Positions 10,262 to 20,080 of a DNA stretch of 32,000 nt are shown here, piece by piece (position 1 is the stretch's first letter; the number at the start of each line of letters is the position of its first letter). This stretch comes from an uncultured archaeon (GTDB taxonomy: Archaea; Asgardarchaeota; Thorarchaeia; Thorarchaeales; CAZPUN01): contig CAZPUN010000048.1 of NCBI GenBank assembly GCA_964589775.1, positions 14,383-46,382 on the forward strand, read 5' to 3'. The notes beneath the pieces were generated by a model. The model was not told the DNA's origin, did no database searches, and worked only from the letters and a program-made list of their open reading frames with translations. A program made the translations under genes and the position numbers.

Positions 10262-10396
10262 TTGGTACAAAAAGCAGACAGAACCAAATGCGAAATATAT
10301 TCAAGAGTGGTGGGATATCTAAGACCTATTGATCAATGGAATGAAGGCAAATATGAAGAATTTAAAAATAGAAAGAAATTTGATTCTGTGAAATAA
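10262..10396 (+). CDS. 44-aa stand-alone glycyl-radical peptide homologous to the NrdD (class III RNR) C-terminus
   Basis: Not in the track. GGTGA (10252-10256), then TTG: MVQKADRTKCEIYSRVVGYLRPIDQWNEGKYEEFKNRKKFDSVK*. It carries the NrdD signature YSRxxGYLRP...WNxGKxxEFxxR. Confidence 0.88.
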   Translation: MVQKADRTKCEIYSRVVGYLRPIDQWNEGKYEEFKNRKKFDSVK

Positions 10397-10411
10397 AAAG
10401 AAAAAGAAAGA

Positions 10412-10519
10412 CTATTCTTCCTTCTTTTCTTTCTTGTAGGGGTTTCCTTTCATAGGGTTCTTGGGCTTGTGTATCTTAATTGAAAAGGTTTCCTTTAATT
10501 TCTCCTTTATAGAAGACAT
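10412..10519 (-). CDS. 35-aa lysine-rich small protein of unknown function
   Basis: Not in the track. GGGAGG RBS upstream of ATG: MSSIKEKLKETFSIKIHKPKNPMKGNPYKKEKKEE*, followed by a T-rich terminator-like tract. Confidence 0.6.
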   Translation of the reverse strand: MSSIKEKLKETFSIKIHKPKNPMKGNPYKKEKKEE

Positions 10520-10671
10520 ATTTTAAGATCCTCCCATTTTGTTACTTTTATAAGCACTAAATTATATGCACACACTACCTTATATATCTAACTACAATAT
10601 CTAAAATTTTCCAGATATACTAAACCATAACATTCATTAGAGATTATTTTTTTCACGATACAGGTGATTTT

Positions 10672-11151
10672 ATGAGCTCTGAAACAAAGCCAAAGAAAAA
10701 ACGAATTGAACGAATGGAATACGAATTTGATATGTATTTAGAAGGCAACTATAAATTCCATATCACCTTTGATCTACCGAATGTACCAGAATTCTTAATG
10801 GATGAACCACCCGAAATTGGTGGTGAGGGCGCAGGCCCAAATGCGGCACGTGTTGTTGCAGCAGGTGTTGGAGATTGTTTGAGTGCCAGTCTGATTTTCT
10901 GTCTTAGAAAAATGAAGATCCCAATCAAAGACTTCAAGACGCATGTAAAAGCAGTAGTCGAGCGAAATGCAGATGGGTATTTAAGATTATCACACATTTA
11001 TGTTACACTAAATCCAAAAATCGGAAAAGAATATGAACAAAAGAACCTAGAACGATGTATAAGTATTTTCCAGAAATATTGTATTGTATCAGATGCTATA
11101 CGACATGGCGTTCCAATTGATGTGGATGTAAAGCCTGAAGAAGAGGCATAA
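10672..11151 (+). CDS. OsmC/Ohr family protein
   Basis: DEPPEIGGEGAGPN, GDCLSASL and KYCIVSDAI give the two conserved Cys; AGGTGA RBS. Confidence 0.9.
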   Translation: MSSETKPKKKRIERMEYEFDMYLEGNYKFHITFDLPNVPEFLMDEPPEIGGEGAGPNAARVVAAGVGDCLSASLIFCLRKMKIPIKDFKTHVKAVVERNADGYLRLSHIYVTLNPKIGKEYEQKNLERCISIFQKYCIVSDAIRHGVPIDVDVKPEEEA

Positions 11152-11170
11152 GCCTCTCATATATTATTTT

Positions 11171-11902
11171 TCATATAAACACAAACGCGTTTACTAGAAT
11201 GTTAGCAACTACACTAGCTGTTAGGGTTATAGTTAGGTTATCCAACCCGTGAGGAGATAATGCTTCAACAAATCCTACGCTTAATCCCACAAAAATCGAA
11301 ACTATAATACTTAACAGAAAATCAAATCCGATACTAAGAGCGATTATAGAGCCGAGAGTAGACATAAAGATCACGGCAGCACTGCCTTCTAAACTTCTGT
11401 AACTAACAATACCGGTAATTGTTGGAACACGATATTTATGTTTTCCAAAACGAACACCAAAGGGTTCTCCAACGGCATCGCCAACACCGGTACAAACCAA
11501 TCCAACAAGCCATGTTTCAGGCCAGAAGAAATATGCAATAACTGAGCCCACAGCGCTACTAAGATAGGGTATTAATAGATATAACCAGCGAAGAGGTTCA
11601 TCTTGCTCGCGCGCTATGGATTCATAAATTCGATTTCCATTACCCCATATTAAAGCACCAAGTCCGATAATACCAATTGCTCCGCCATATATCTCAACAA
11701 TTCTGAAAGGCAAAGTAATAACAAAGATCCATCCAAAAAAGTAAAGTGAAAAATGCACTACCTTGCGTGTGTAATTTGTTTTCCATGCATACGAAATCTT
11801 CAAAGTCCCTGCAATATATCCAACTGCAAAAACCAAAAGCACAAACAATGGCAAATAAGTAATGTATTCAATAAATGAAGGAAGTTCGATGTAGTCGATC
11901 AT
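11171..11902 (-). CDS. CTP-dependent polyprenol/diacylglycerol kinase family (SEC59/DGK1/VTE5-like)
   Basis: TRKVVH, GDAVGEPFGVRFGKHK, RSLEGS and DNL motifs; polytopic membrane protein. Confidence 0.85.
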   Translation of the reverse strand: MIDYIELPSFIEYITYLPLFVLLVFAVGYIAGTLKISYAWKTNYTRKVVHFSLYFFGWIFVITLPFRIVEIYGGAIGIIGLGALIWGNGNRIYESIAREQDEPLRWLYLLIPYLSSAVGSVIAYFFWPETWLVGLVCTGVGDAVGEPFGVRFGKHKYRVPTITGIVSYRSLEGSAAVIFMSTLGSIIALSIGFDFLLSIIVSIFVGLSVGFVEALSPHGLDNLTITLTASVVANILVNAFVFI

Positions 11903-12114
11903 TATGAAACTATATTTAATAAATACAAAGATAAATTATTCGTTTTTAATCAGAGAAAATAGATTTTCAATACATTCTCGGAATAAAATTTACGAAATGT
12001 ACTAAAATCACCTATTATTTTTATATTTTTAAAATAACTTTTTAAATGGAGAGATTTCTTAGTGAAAAAATTTTATAAATAAATTTTACATATATGAAGT
12101 AAGGAGGAGCTATT

Positions 12115-12519
12115 ATGGCTGAACTCGTTTCAGATTCACAAACTAAGATTAAATTGGAACCATTTGTATCAAAAACTATTGCGATTATTTTAGCGATAGT
12201 ATTATCTACCGGATTAGGTGTAATAACAACTTGGGGTACATTGATCACGGGAGTGGTCGTAGGATTTCTAGTAAGAGATAGATGGGATGGAGGAAAGTAT
12301 AGTTTCTTAGGGACATTTATTGGTGGAACTCTATCGATTGTAATTATATTCATGACTGGAATTGGTCTTATTGCAATCCCTCCAGAGTACATTAATTTAT
12401 TAATGGCGTTATTAATAATCATAGCACCATTAGGCGGACTTCTTTTAGGAGTGTTGGGATTCATCGGTGGATTTTTGGGCGGCTTAATTGCAACATCAAT
12501 CTATGCAAACCAACAATAA
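12115..12519 (+). CDS. Small Gly-rich membrane protein (DUF5518-like)
   Basis: AGGAGG RBS, hydrophobic GxxxG-rich helices, T-rich tract downstream. Confidence 0.7.
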   Translation: MAELVSDSQTKIKLEPFVSKTIAIILAIVLSTGLGVITTWGTLITGVVVGFLVRDRWDGGKYSFLGTFIGGTLSIVIIFMTGIGLIAIPPEYINLLMALLIIIAPLGGLLLGVLGFIGGFLGGLIATSIYANQQ

Positions 12520-12771
12520 TAAGTCCCTCTTATTTCTATTTTTTATACCAATTTCTCTTACAGTTTTTTAAAAGCAATCGAGTAGTAATAGAAAAATCAA
12601 CACTCTGAAAAAAATACCGGACACTACCTAAAATATACATCATTAATAAACTTCATGAGCATGCATAATATGTGAAATACTTGTCTGATTGATGATTTAC
12701 TTTTCACATTCCATACATAAATTAAATGAGAAAACAACTACAAAAAACACAGACTTATTCAGAGGTTGCAA

Positions 12772-13902
12772 TTATGTATCTACAGGAATTATTATTCCAT
12801 CAAATCTTCCACGAGGACCAATTGCAGGAGGTCTCATAGGGTTTCCGAACATAAACCACTGAACAACGGAAAGGAAATTTTGATGATCAACAAAAATATT
12901 ATGTCCGGTCATAAGCAACTCGTATTTTTTAAATAATTTATTTGGAAGATTTGAAATAAGTTCTCGCTCAACAGCTATTTTTGTTTCTCCGATCGTATTA
13001 TGGGAATCAAGTTCATCGAATAATCCTATTTTAAACCCATCAGCAAAGAGACAGTTTTTCCAAGATTTACATGGTTCAAGATTATTAAAAGTATCTCCGG
13101 TGGCTGCTATATATAAAGCCTTTGAGTTCAAGAACCCTTTTACCAATTTACCAAATTGACCGGTTTGACATGCCTCAGAAAATACCAAAGGATATGCAAT
13201 AAATGAATACTTGTTCAGGGTATTCCCATCCAAAATTATATCCGAGTGGGTCAGCCACATATCTGGAGAACCATGAACACGCCCATATATAGGGCCATCC
13301 GAGAATTGTATTATGATTTCAGCGTAGTTAATCAGTTCTCTATTATCAACACTAAAAGTGGGAAGTGAATAAACATTAAACCCAAGTGATTTTAGTATTT
13401 TTTCATGACGAGCGGCCGATGTATTTTTCGCATTAAATATTAGAGCAATATCAGTATCTGCAAGTTTTGGATTTATATGAGATATTATCGTCGGGTAAGA
13501 ACCGAAAACACGCCCCACAGGAGTGTCTGGAAGCAAATCATCGTCTAAATCCTCATAAATTAAATCAGAAAAGGTTTTAATATCAACTGGTAGTGGAGGA
13601 ATGACTTGTGCATCCCCAACTAAAAGGAGAGCCTTCGTTGAGTAATCAGATGCGGCTTTTTGAATTTCCTTTTTTATTTTAAATGTTTTTCGCTCAGTTA
13701 ATGCAACATATGGTAATTCGTTGTTCTTACAATAATTTATAATCTTTTCACGAATATTCGAACTTATTTTACCTATTACAATGAGCATCTCACGTCGTTT
13801 GCTAATATCAATCTCACTAATTTTAAGGTCGTCAAACTCTGGAGCTTTTATCTTAACGATACGATTTGTTATATTTCGCTCTATTCGGTTAATTGGTTTC
13901 AT
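12772..13902 (-). CDS. Peptidase C25 (gingipain-like, clan CD) cysteine protease with no signal peptide
   Basis: LLLVGD, YEDLDDDLLPDTPVGRV, catalytic VHGSP and SEACQTG, and C-terminal MFGNP. Confidence 0.8.
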   Translation of the reverse strand: MKPINRIERNITNRIVKIKAPEFDDLKISEIDISKRREMLIVIGKISSNIREKIINYCKNNELPYVALTERKTFKIKKEIQKAASDYSTKALLLVGDAQVIPPLPVDIKTFSDLIYEDLDDDLLPDTPVGRVFGSYPTIISHINPKLADTDIALIFNAKNTSAARHEKILKSLGFNVYSLPTFSVDNRELINYAEIIIQFSDGPIYGRVHGSPDMWLTHSDIILDGNTLNKYSFIAYPLVFSEACQTGQFGKLVKGFLNSKALYIAATGDTFNNLEPCKSWKNCLFADGFKIGLFDELDSHNTIGETKIAVERELISNLPNKLFKKYELLMTGHNIFVDHQNFLSVVQWFMFGNPMRPPAIGPRGRFDGIIIPVDT

Positions 13903-14013
13903 AATAGATCTCCGATTTTAATTAATGTGATTATAAATATAGAAAATAATTAGTTTGTTTGGAAATATAAAGAAATCGGAAAATAAAAAAATGTGGGGAT
14001 GAATTATCCCAGA

Positions 14014-16443
14014 TCATTTCTTGCGCTTTTTGATTACAATAATACCGCCTACAACTACGACAACTGCAACAGCACCGATGATTAATAACATTGGATCAAT
14101 ACTAGCGATAATTCCGCCACTCTTGACAACATATGAGAAACCTGTAACTTTAGCCCAATTTCCAGAGAAATCTTGGATATAGTATACCACAGTTACATTA
14201 GTACCTGACGGAAGTGCAGGAATTGTCGCAATCCAAGTTTCATTCGCAATGACAAATGCCATTGTGACATTGATCCAGGTTGTTCCATTATAGTAGCTTA
14301 GGATTATAGTATGAACGCGGCTCTGATCTGTTGCAGAAACTGTTACAGAAACTTCTTGGCTCGAAGTAGGCTCAGCGGGTGATGATATATTAGATACAAG
14401 AACAGGAGGAATTTGATCCATTGGTTTCATAAGTGGCTTATCGTCACTTTCACCAGTTTGAATAGTATATGCAGTATCTCCAATGCCATTGTGGTCTAAA
14501 TCTAAGCCGGTATAGTCAGACCAATAGTTTCCATGGGTTCCATTTGTCCAATCAATTGTACTTGTGTTAAGATTAGTATGGCGTACATTTTCAATGAACG
14601 TATTAAGTGAAATATTTGCACTATTTGAGGTCCCGTATATCGCTTCAGTGTTATATGCAAATACGGATTCAGTTATACGGCCATTTGTCGAATAAATTCC
14701 AAGTGCTTTTATATTTTCTGCTAATACTGTATGATACATGTATAATTTGGATATTCCAAACAGTCCTACAGCATTCTCATTGATCAAAAAGAATGAATCT
14801 GTAATGTTAATAGTATCTACAAGAATGCCGAATAATCCAAATTTGTCATTATAGGCACGAACATTAGAAACTGAGACGTTGGTACAAAAGCCCACACCTA
14901 TGCCATATATGGAGTTATATAATAATGCATCATTAACATATAAATTAGTTGAGCTAGCTAGATATATTGCAAATGGTGAGTTTGAGATTTTTAGATTCTC
15001 AAAATGAACATCATTTGAATAATATATAGTAAGTAATCCGGAATCAATATTTAGATCATGTACTAAACTGTTAGTTACATTGAATAATATCAGCATACCA
15101 ATATCGCCTGTAATATCCTGACTTATCTTGTTTTTGATATATACAATTGGATGCCCATTGACAAAAGAGTTTTCAATCGTGAAGTTATTGAATATTGCAT
15201 AGCTTCCAGATAGAAATACAATGGGAATTTCTCTAATATTGTTAAAGTGTGAATTTCTTAATATTGTTGGATATGGACTTTTCTGGTATAGCGATTTATT
15301 ACAATATTCGGTATTAAGACCATCTATGACCAAGTACGAATAACTATTTGTTATTGCATTTGTAGAATTATTAGCAGTTACTCCAGTTATATTTACATTT
15401 GAACTGGTTACATATATTCCATAACGTATATCATGGATTTCGATGTTACTCATGGAGATATTGTGTGCATTTTGGAAATATATACCATATGTACCAGTAT
15501 TAGTGAGTGTAGCATGATCTATTATAGAATTATTTGTACTGGATAGGTTAATTCCATATTGTTTTCCATTTGCAAGATTTATATTTGATACAGTGACATT
15601 TTCATCTTGGTATAAGTTTATTCCACGGCTGCCCCATGAATTCGCGATAACATTCGATAATACAATATTTTTAGATTTTGAAATATCAACACTAGTAGTG
15701 TTTGTATCGTAAGATTTTAAGTCAGTAATTGTAAGATTCCCACAATCCATAGAGTAAAATCCATATTTTGCGTATCTTGTAGTTATATTAGTGAATTCAG
15801 AATTGTAAGTGTATCTCGAATAAATTCCGTAAGAGGTACCATTGTAGAAAATATTTGAAACAGTAATATTGTCGCTTGAATACGAAAAAATACCGTATGC
15901 AGATATAGTGTAAAATTTTACATTTTTAACAGTAGAATTATCCGAATTATATAGATATATGAGTCGGTAGCTACCATTATATATACTTAAACCATCAATA
16001 TGAACAAGCCCATGATTTGAGTATATAGCAGAAAGTCCTGAAGCACCAACATCATATAAAGTTGAATTTTTAATATATAATTCGCCACCTACATAAATAC
16101 GATAATGATATGCAGAATTATTTGATTTTATTACACAATTGTTTAATATTAATTTGGCATCAGAGTCTATATTAATTCTATGTTGCATATCTTTAGTCAA
16201 ATGCATATATAGCATAACATTCGTCAAATTTAGTGTTGCACCAGACACATGTATATTTCCATCGATATGAAGCGTCTCATCCCATACGGAGGTATCACTT
16301 GTAATATCCCAATCACCAGTAGCAGGAGGGGGGTATCCACCACCACTACCACCGGCGCTAACATTTACATTTACAAATGAGAACATAGGAACGAGAGCTA
16401 GAACCATAACTAAGTATAATGCTCTTATTTTTCTTGTGCGCAT
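14014..16443 (-). CDS. Cell-surface right-handed beta-helix (pectin lyase-like/NosD-CASH) protein with C-terminal membrane anchor
   Basis: Signal peptide, repeated YGIY...N beta-helix rungs, GNYWSDYTGLDLDHNGIGDTAY, an Ig-like segment, TM plus KKRKK, and many N-x-S/T sequons. Confidence 0.9.
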   Translation of the reverse strand: MRTRKIRALYLVMVLALVPMFSFVNVNVSAGGSGGGYPPPATGDWDITSDTSVWDETLHIDGNIHVSGATLNLTNVMLYMHLTKDMQHRINIDSDAKLILNNCVIKSNNSAYHYRIYVGGELYIKNSTLYDVGASGLSAIYSNHGLVHIDGLSIYNGSYRLIYLYNSDNSTVKNVKFYTISAYGIFSYSSDNITVSNIFYNGTSYGIYSRYTYNSEFTNITTRYAKYGFYSMDCGNLTITDLKSYDTNTTSVDISKSKNIVLSNVIANSWGSRGINLYQDENVTVSNINLANGKQYGINLSSTNNSIIDHATLTNTGTYGIYFQNAHNISMSNIEIHDIRYGIYVTSSNVNITGVTANNSTNAITNSYSYLVIDGLNTEYCNKSLYQKSPYPTILRNSHFNNIREIPIVFLSGSYAIFNNFTIENSFVNGHPIVYIKNKISQDITGDIGMLILFNVTNSLVHDLNIDSGLLTIYYSNDVHFENLKISNSPFAIYLASSTNLYVNDALLYNSIYGIGVGFCTNVSVSNVRAYNDKFGLFGILVDTINITDSFFLINENAVGLFGISKLYMYHTVLAENIKALGIYSTNGRITESVFAYNTEAIYGTSNSANISLNTFIENVRHTNLNTSTIDWTNGTHGNYWSDYTGLDLDHNGIGDTAYTIQTGESDDKPLMKPMDQIPPVLVSNISSPAEPTSSQEVSVTVSATDQSRVHTIILSYYNGTTWINVTMAFVIANETWIATIPALPSGTNVTVVYYIQDFSGNWAKVTGFSYVVKSGGIIASIDPMLLIIGAVAVVVVVGGIIVIKKRKK

Positions 16444-16553
16444 TTTATCTCTCTCCTAGGACGCAAAAAATTTTTAGCAAATCAATGCAATCCTATTGTT
16501 TAATATAAAAATTATTTGAATATAAAGTTATCTAAAAAAAGGAAAAAATGAGA

Positions 16554-17693
16554 TTATTTGGTTAAAATTTTCTTTAATGTTGTACCAATATATTCAATTT
16601 GGTCGTCTGAAACACGCGGATGTATTGGTAATTCAAAATGCTCATTGCCCACTAATTCAGCATTTGGACAACTTACCTTTGAATAATCAGGATACTTGAC
16701 GAACTTTGCCCAACGCCAATTCTGAATGTCTTTATAGGCAGGTTGTGCATAACATGGAATTGAATAGAGAGTTCGTGCACCGATATCTGCATTGCGTAGC
16801 TCTTCAATAAGTTTATCACGCGAGATTTTATTAGTTGTGAGTCGAGGCCCAAAGACATGCCACGCAGATCTGTATCCCTTAGGCTCTTTTTGTATCTTTA
16901 TCCCATCTAAGTCCCCAATTATATCAACAAGATGCTCTACATTTTTGCGTCTAGCATCAAGGAATTTGGGCAATTTCTTAAGTTGATTTACGGCTATGGC
17001 AGCTACTAGGTCCATCATTCTAAAATTGTATCCGATACGATAATAATGATATCCACCATGGGCTCCTCTGCCATGATTCTTCACAGCTTTTGCAGTTTCG
17101 ATCATCTCTTCATTGTTCGTTAAAACAATACCGCCTTCACCAGACATCATATTTTTAGTTGCATAGAATGAAAATGCGGCTATGTCGCCGAAAGACCCTA
17201 CTTTCTTGCCGTCTATGGTTGCTCCATGTGCTTGGGCACAATCTTCAATTACGAGTAGATTATGTTCTTCAGCGATTTCCATAATTGCTTTCATATCCGC
17301 AGGCAAACCAAAAATATGTACAGGCATGATTGCTTTCGTCTTAGGTGTGATCTTTTTCTTTATGCTTTCAGGGTCGATATTATAGGTTTCTGGGTCAATA
17401 TCTGCAAAAACTGGGATTCCACCTACAAAAAGTATAGCATTTGAGGATGCGATAAACGTAAATGGTGTTGTGATTACTTCATCACCCGGTTGAATTCCAG
17501 CGGCTTCTAGTGCAACATGTAATGCGGTTGTACCACTTGTTGTTACTGTTGCATATTTAGTTCCGATATATTTAGAAAATTCTTCTTCGAGTTGGCGAGC
17601 ATATTTATTTTCCACAAGCATACCGGACTTTAAGACATCAAGAACCGCATTAATTTCTTCATCTTCAATTACAGGACTTGCTGTATAAATCAA
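16554..17693 (-). CDS. DegT/DnrJ/EryC1/StrS family PLP-dependent sugar aminotransferase
   Basis: SGTTALH, GDEVITTPFTF, IEDCAQAHG, FSFYATKNM (PLP Lys) and GEGG; TTG start. Confidence 0.96.
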   Translation of the reverse strand: MIYTASPVIEDEEINAVLDVLKSGMLVENKYARQLEEEFSKYIGTKYATVTTSGTTALHVALEAAGIQPGDEVITTPFTFIASSNAILFVGGIPVFADIDPETYNIDPESIKKKITPKTKAIMPVHIFGLPADMKAIMEIAEEHNLLVIEDCAQAHGATIDGKKVGSFGDIAAFSFYATKNMMSGEGGIVLTNNEEMIETAKAVKNHGRGAHGGYHYYRIGYNFRMMDLVAAIAVNQLKKLPKFLDARRKNVEHLVDIIGDLDGIKIQKEPKGYRSAWHVFGPRLTTNKISRDKLIEELRNADIGARTLYSIPCYAQPAYKDIQNWRWAKFVKYPDYSKVSCPNAELVGNEHFELPIHPRVSDDQIEYIGTTLKKILTK

Positions 17694-17766
17694 AATTTCC
17701 GCCTCACATGAGTTTATTCAAAGAAATGAGATACTTGAATATTTAAAAGATATTCCGTTATGTATT

Positions 17767-18243
17767 CTAAAGGCGTAAAACAGTTACTTCATGCCTATAT
17801 TGCTTACGTTCATGTAAAATAACTATTAAAAATGCGCCGAGAATGATAAATAATGTTATATATAACACAAGCAGATTGCGCATTAATGATACAATTGTCA
17901 AACCAACTCCAGATAACAAACCAGTACCTGTACGTAATTTATTGTTAGTAACTCGAGGCGTTAAGCGTTGAGAAACCCACTCAATAATCGTAGTCAAACC
18001 AAGCCCAAAGCCTATTGTAAGCCAGAACAGATCAGGTTTTATTAAAATTCCTAAAAATGTAAATAAAATATAAGACAACGCAAATCCGGTATATATTCCA
18101 GTACATCTTGCACACAGTGGGATTTTGTGATTACCGATACCAACCATGAGGCAATGATCATATTGTTCAGGAGGGTGGTGCGCGAGCATTAAAATAAGGG
18201 CTTTTTTAAATACTTCTTTGCGAGATATTGTTTCATCAGACAT
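17767..18243 (-). CDS. DUF2085 family membrane protein
   Basis: PLCARCTGIY and NNKLRTGTGLL motifs. It abuts the upstream gene (TAA-ATG). Confidence 0.85.
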   Translation of the reverse strand: MSDETISRKEVFKKALILMLAHHPPEQYDHCLMVGIGNHKIPLCARCTGIYTGFALSYILFTFLGILIKPDLFWLTIGFGLGLTTIIEWVSQRLTPRVTNNKLRTGTGLLSGVGLTIVSLMRNLLVLYITLFIILGAFLIVILHERKQYRHEVTVLRL

Positions 18244-19560
18244 TTAATCGCGCTCCTGCATTGGACTACCGCAAACCGGACATAAAGCTTGACGCTGTTT
18301 GAAAAAGGAGATGGACATTTGTTTAACATGACGAACACAGGTATAATGCACACTAATATCGCATTTCTTACAATAGTAATGCGGTCCTGTGATTGGTTTT
18401 CGACATTCGAAACATCGTGGCTTCTTTTGTAAAATCTCAGTTAAAGTAGGAATTTCTTCGATCTTTAATTGCTTCTTTTCTTTTGGTTCGTCTTCACTCT
18501 CGTCTGCAAAAAATGAACCGGAACCGGATTTTACTTTCAAATGTGCCCATTCATCTTCACTACTTTCTGAAGATTCTTTTGTAGCTGTTGGTTTTGCAAC
18601 CTGTGATTCTGAAATAGATTCAGGCTCTTCCTCAACCTCTATGGATTCAAATACTTTTGCAGCCTTTTGAATTTCAGCTTTTATAGCTGCTGTGAAATCA
18701 TCACGAGATACTTTCTTTCCAAGTTTTCTTTGAGACTGCGCAAGCCTCTTCTGCTTATCAGCTTCAGCAGTTGTTTCATCTACAAGCTTCTTAATTCGCT
18801 CCCGTTCCTTCCAGTCTCTAATTTCCATAGCAGCCATAATTTCATCAATAGCTTGCTCTCGCCTTAGCTTACCACTAAGTAGATCCTGTAAGACTTTCTC
18901 GACCTTATCAGGAATTGGAGCACTCATTTCAACTTCAGCAAGCCCAGCAAGAACAGCCTCGCGTATGATTTTCTCAACCCTAAATTTGTCAAGAGATAGG
19001 TCTTGTGCTATTTCATCAACAGTATATTTTCCATTTGCTACCATTAATACATTAATTGCATCAACGCCACCAATTTGTAGTGCTTTCTGACGAATTTGTG
19101 ATGCGGGGCTTAATAAATCAACACTTCGAACCTTACGCTTGGGATAGATGGCACCTCTAAATCGACGAGATATGATCGATTTAGGACGCCTAATCAAGGA
19201 CTCGATTTCATTTTCAAATAATCGAATTTCATCAAGAGAACTCATGCGTAGATCGGTAAATAATTCATAGTTAGTTCCAAAATGTTTGGAAAAGATACGA
19301 GCAATTTCTTCTATTAGGTCCGCAGCGTTTTCTCCAGGATCCGTTGCGATTACAAAGAACAAGTCATCTTTAACCATTGTTGTGTACGATATATCGCCCA
19401 TTGTAATATTCTTTAAGGGGCGTCCACCCATTTCACGACCGAAATTATAAATAGCGGAAAAGAAACTTGCAAATAAATCTGAATCCAACTTTGTTGTTCC
19501 AAAGTCTTTGTAAAATAGGCAATTCCCACCCATATCAATTATCCAAATTCCATATATCAT
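18244..19560 (-). CDS. Longin-like domain + winged-helix + charged linker + C4HC3 RING-variant/PHD-like zinc finger
   Basis: MIYGIWIIDMGGNCLFYKDF...DLFASFFSAIYNFGREM (longin); NGKYTVDEIAQDLSLDKFRVEKIIREAVLAGLAEV (wHTH); C-x2-C-x10-C-x2-C-x4-H-x2-C-x18-C-x2-C. Confidence 0.8.
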   Translation of the reverse strand: MIYGIWIIDMGGNCLFYKDFGTTKLDSDLFASFFSAIYNFGREMGGRPLKNITMGDISYTTMVKDDLFFVIATDPGENAADLIEEIARIFSKHFGTNYELFTDLRMSSLDEIRLFENEIESLIRRPKSIISRRFRGAIYPKRKVRSVDLLSPASQIRQKALQIGGVDAINVLMVANGKYTVDEIAQDLSLDKFRVEKIIREAVLAGLAEVEMSAPIPDKVEKVLQDLLSGKLRREQAIDEIMAAMEIRDWKERERIKKLVDETTAEADKQKRLAQSQRKLGKKVSRDDFTAAIKAEIQKAAKVFESIEVEEEPESISESQVAKPTATKESSESSEDEWAHLKVKSGSGSFFADESEDEPKEKKQLKIEEIPTLTEILQKKPRCFECRKPITGPHYYCKKCDISVHYTCVRHVKQMSISFFKQRQALCPVCGSPMQERD

Positions 19561-19639
19561 ATATTCAAACTCCGCTTTTCGGTCTATTAGATGTTCATAT
19601 TAATATCTAATACAACTAGTTGATTAACTTTTCTAAATT

Positions 19640-20077
19640 TTATATGTTGATTATTTTTAAAACGTCTTCAGGAAATCTCTTCTTATTCATAGACACATAA
19701 TTTTTGATTTTATTTATTGTATTTTCAAAACCTACTGATAGTTCAAGCTTGAATTCACTCAAAGACTCTTTCAATAAAGGAGTATAATTACCCACTAATT
19801 CAATGAGCTGCTGAACTTTCTCCTCACGATATTTGTCCTTTAAAGAAGGAGGTATAGCCCATATCATAAAAGATTCAGGATCTACAATTATTAAAACTGC
19901 CCTTTCAAGTTTCAAATTAAATTTACAATGAGGACATTTGACCTTATGAATGTCACCTTTCAAAAATTTGGGAATTAAATCGAGATCTTTCGAAAACTCG
20001 ATTAGATCAATAATATCAGTTTTAAATGTCCTATGACAATTTGGGCAAATAATACTCTCTTTATGCGAACTATACAC
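19640..20077 (-). CDS. CpXC-domain zinc-ribbon protein
   Basis: ICPNCHRTF...KCPHCK pattern. Confidence 0.75.
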   Translation of the reverse strand: MYSSHKESIICPNCHRTFKTDIIDLIEFSKDLDLIPKFLKGDIHKVKCPHCKFNLKLERAVLIIVDPESFMIWAIPPSLKDKYREEKVQQLIELVGNYTPLLKESLSEFKLELSVGFENTINKIKNYVSMNKKRFPEDVLKIINI

Positions 20078-20080
20078 GGT

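Noticed and set aside
12752-12769. GACTTATTCAGAGGTTGC, reminiscent of an IS5-family terminal inverted repeat
   Set aside because: Resemblance is from memory only. No partner end, target duplication or transposase is visible.
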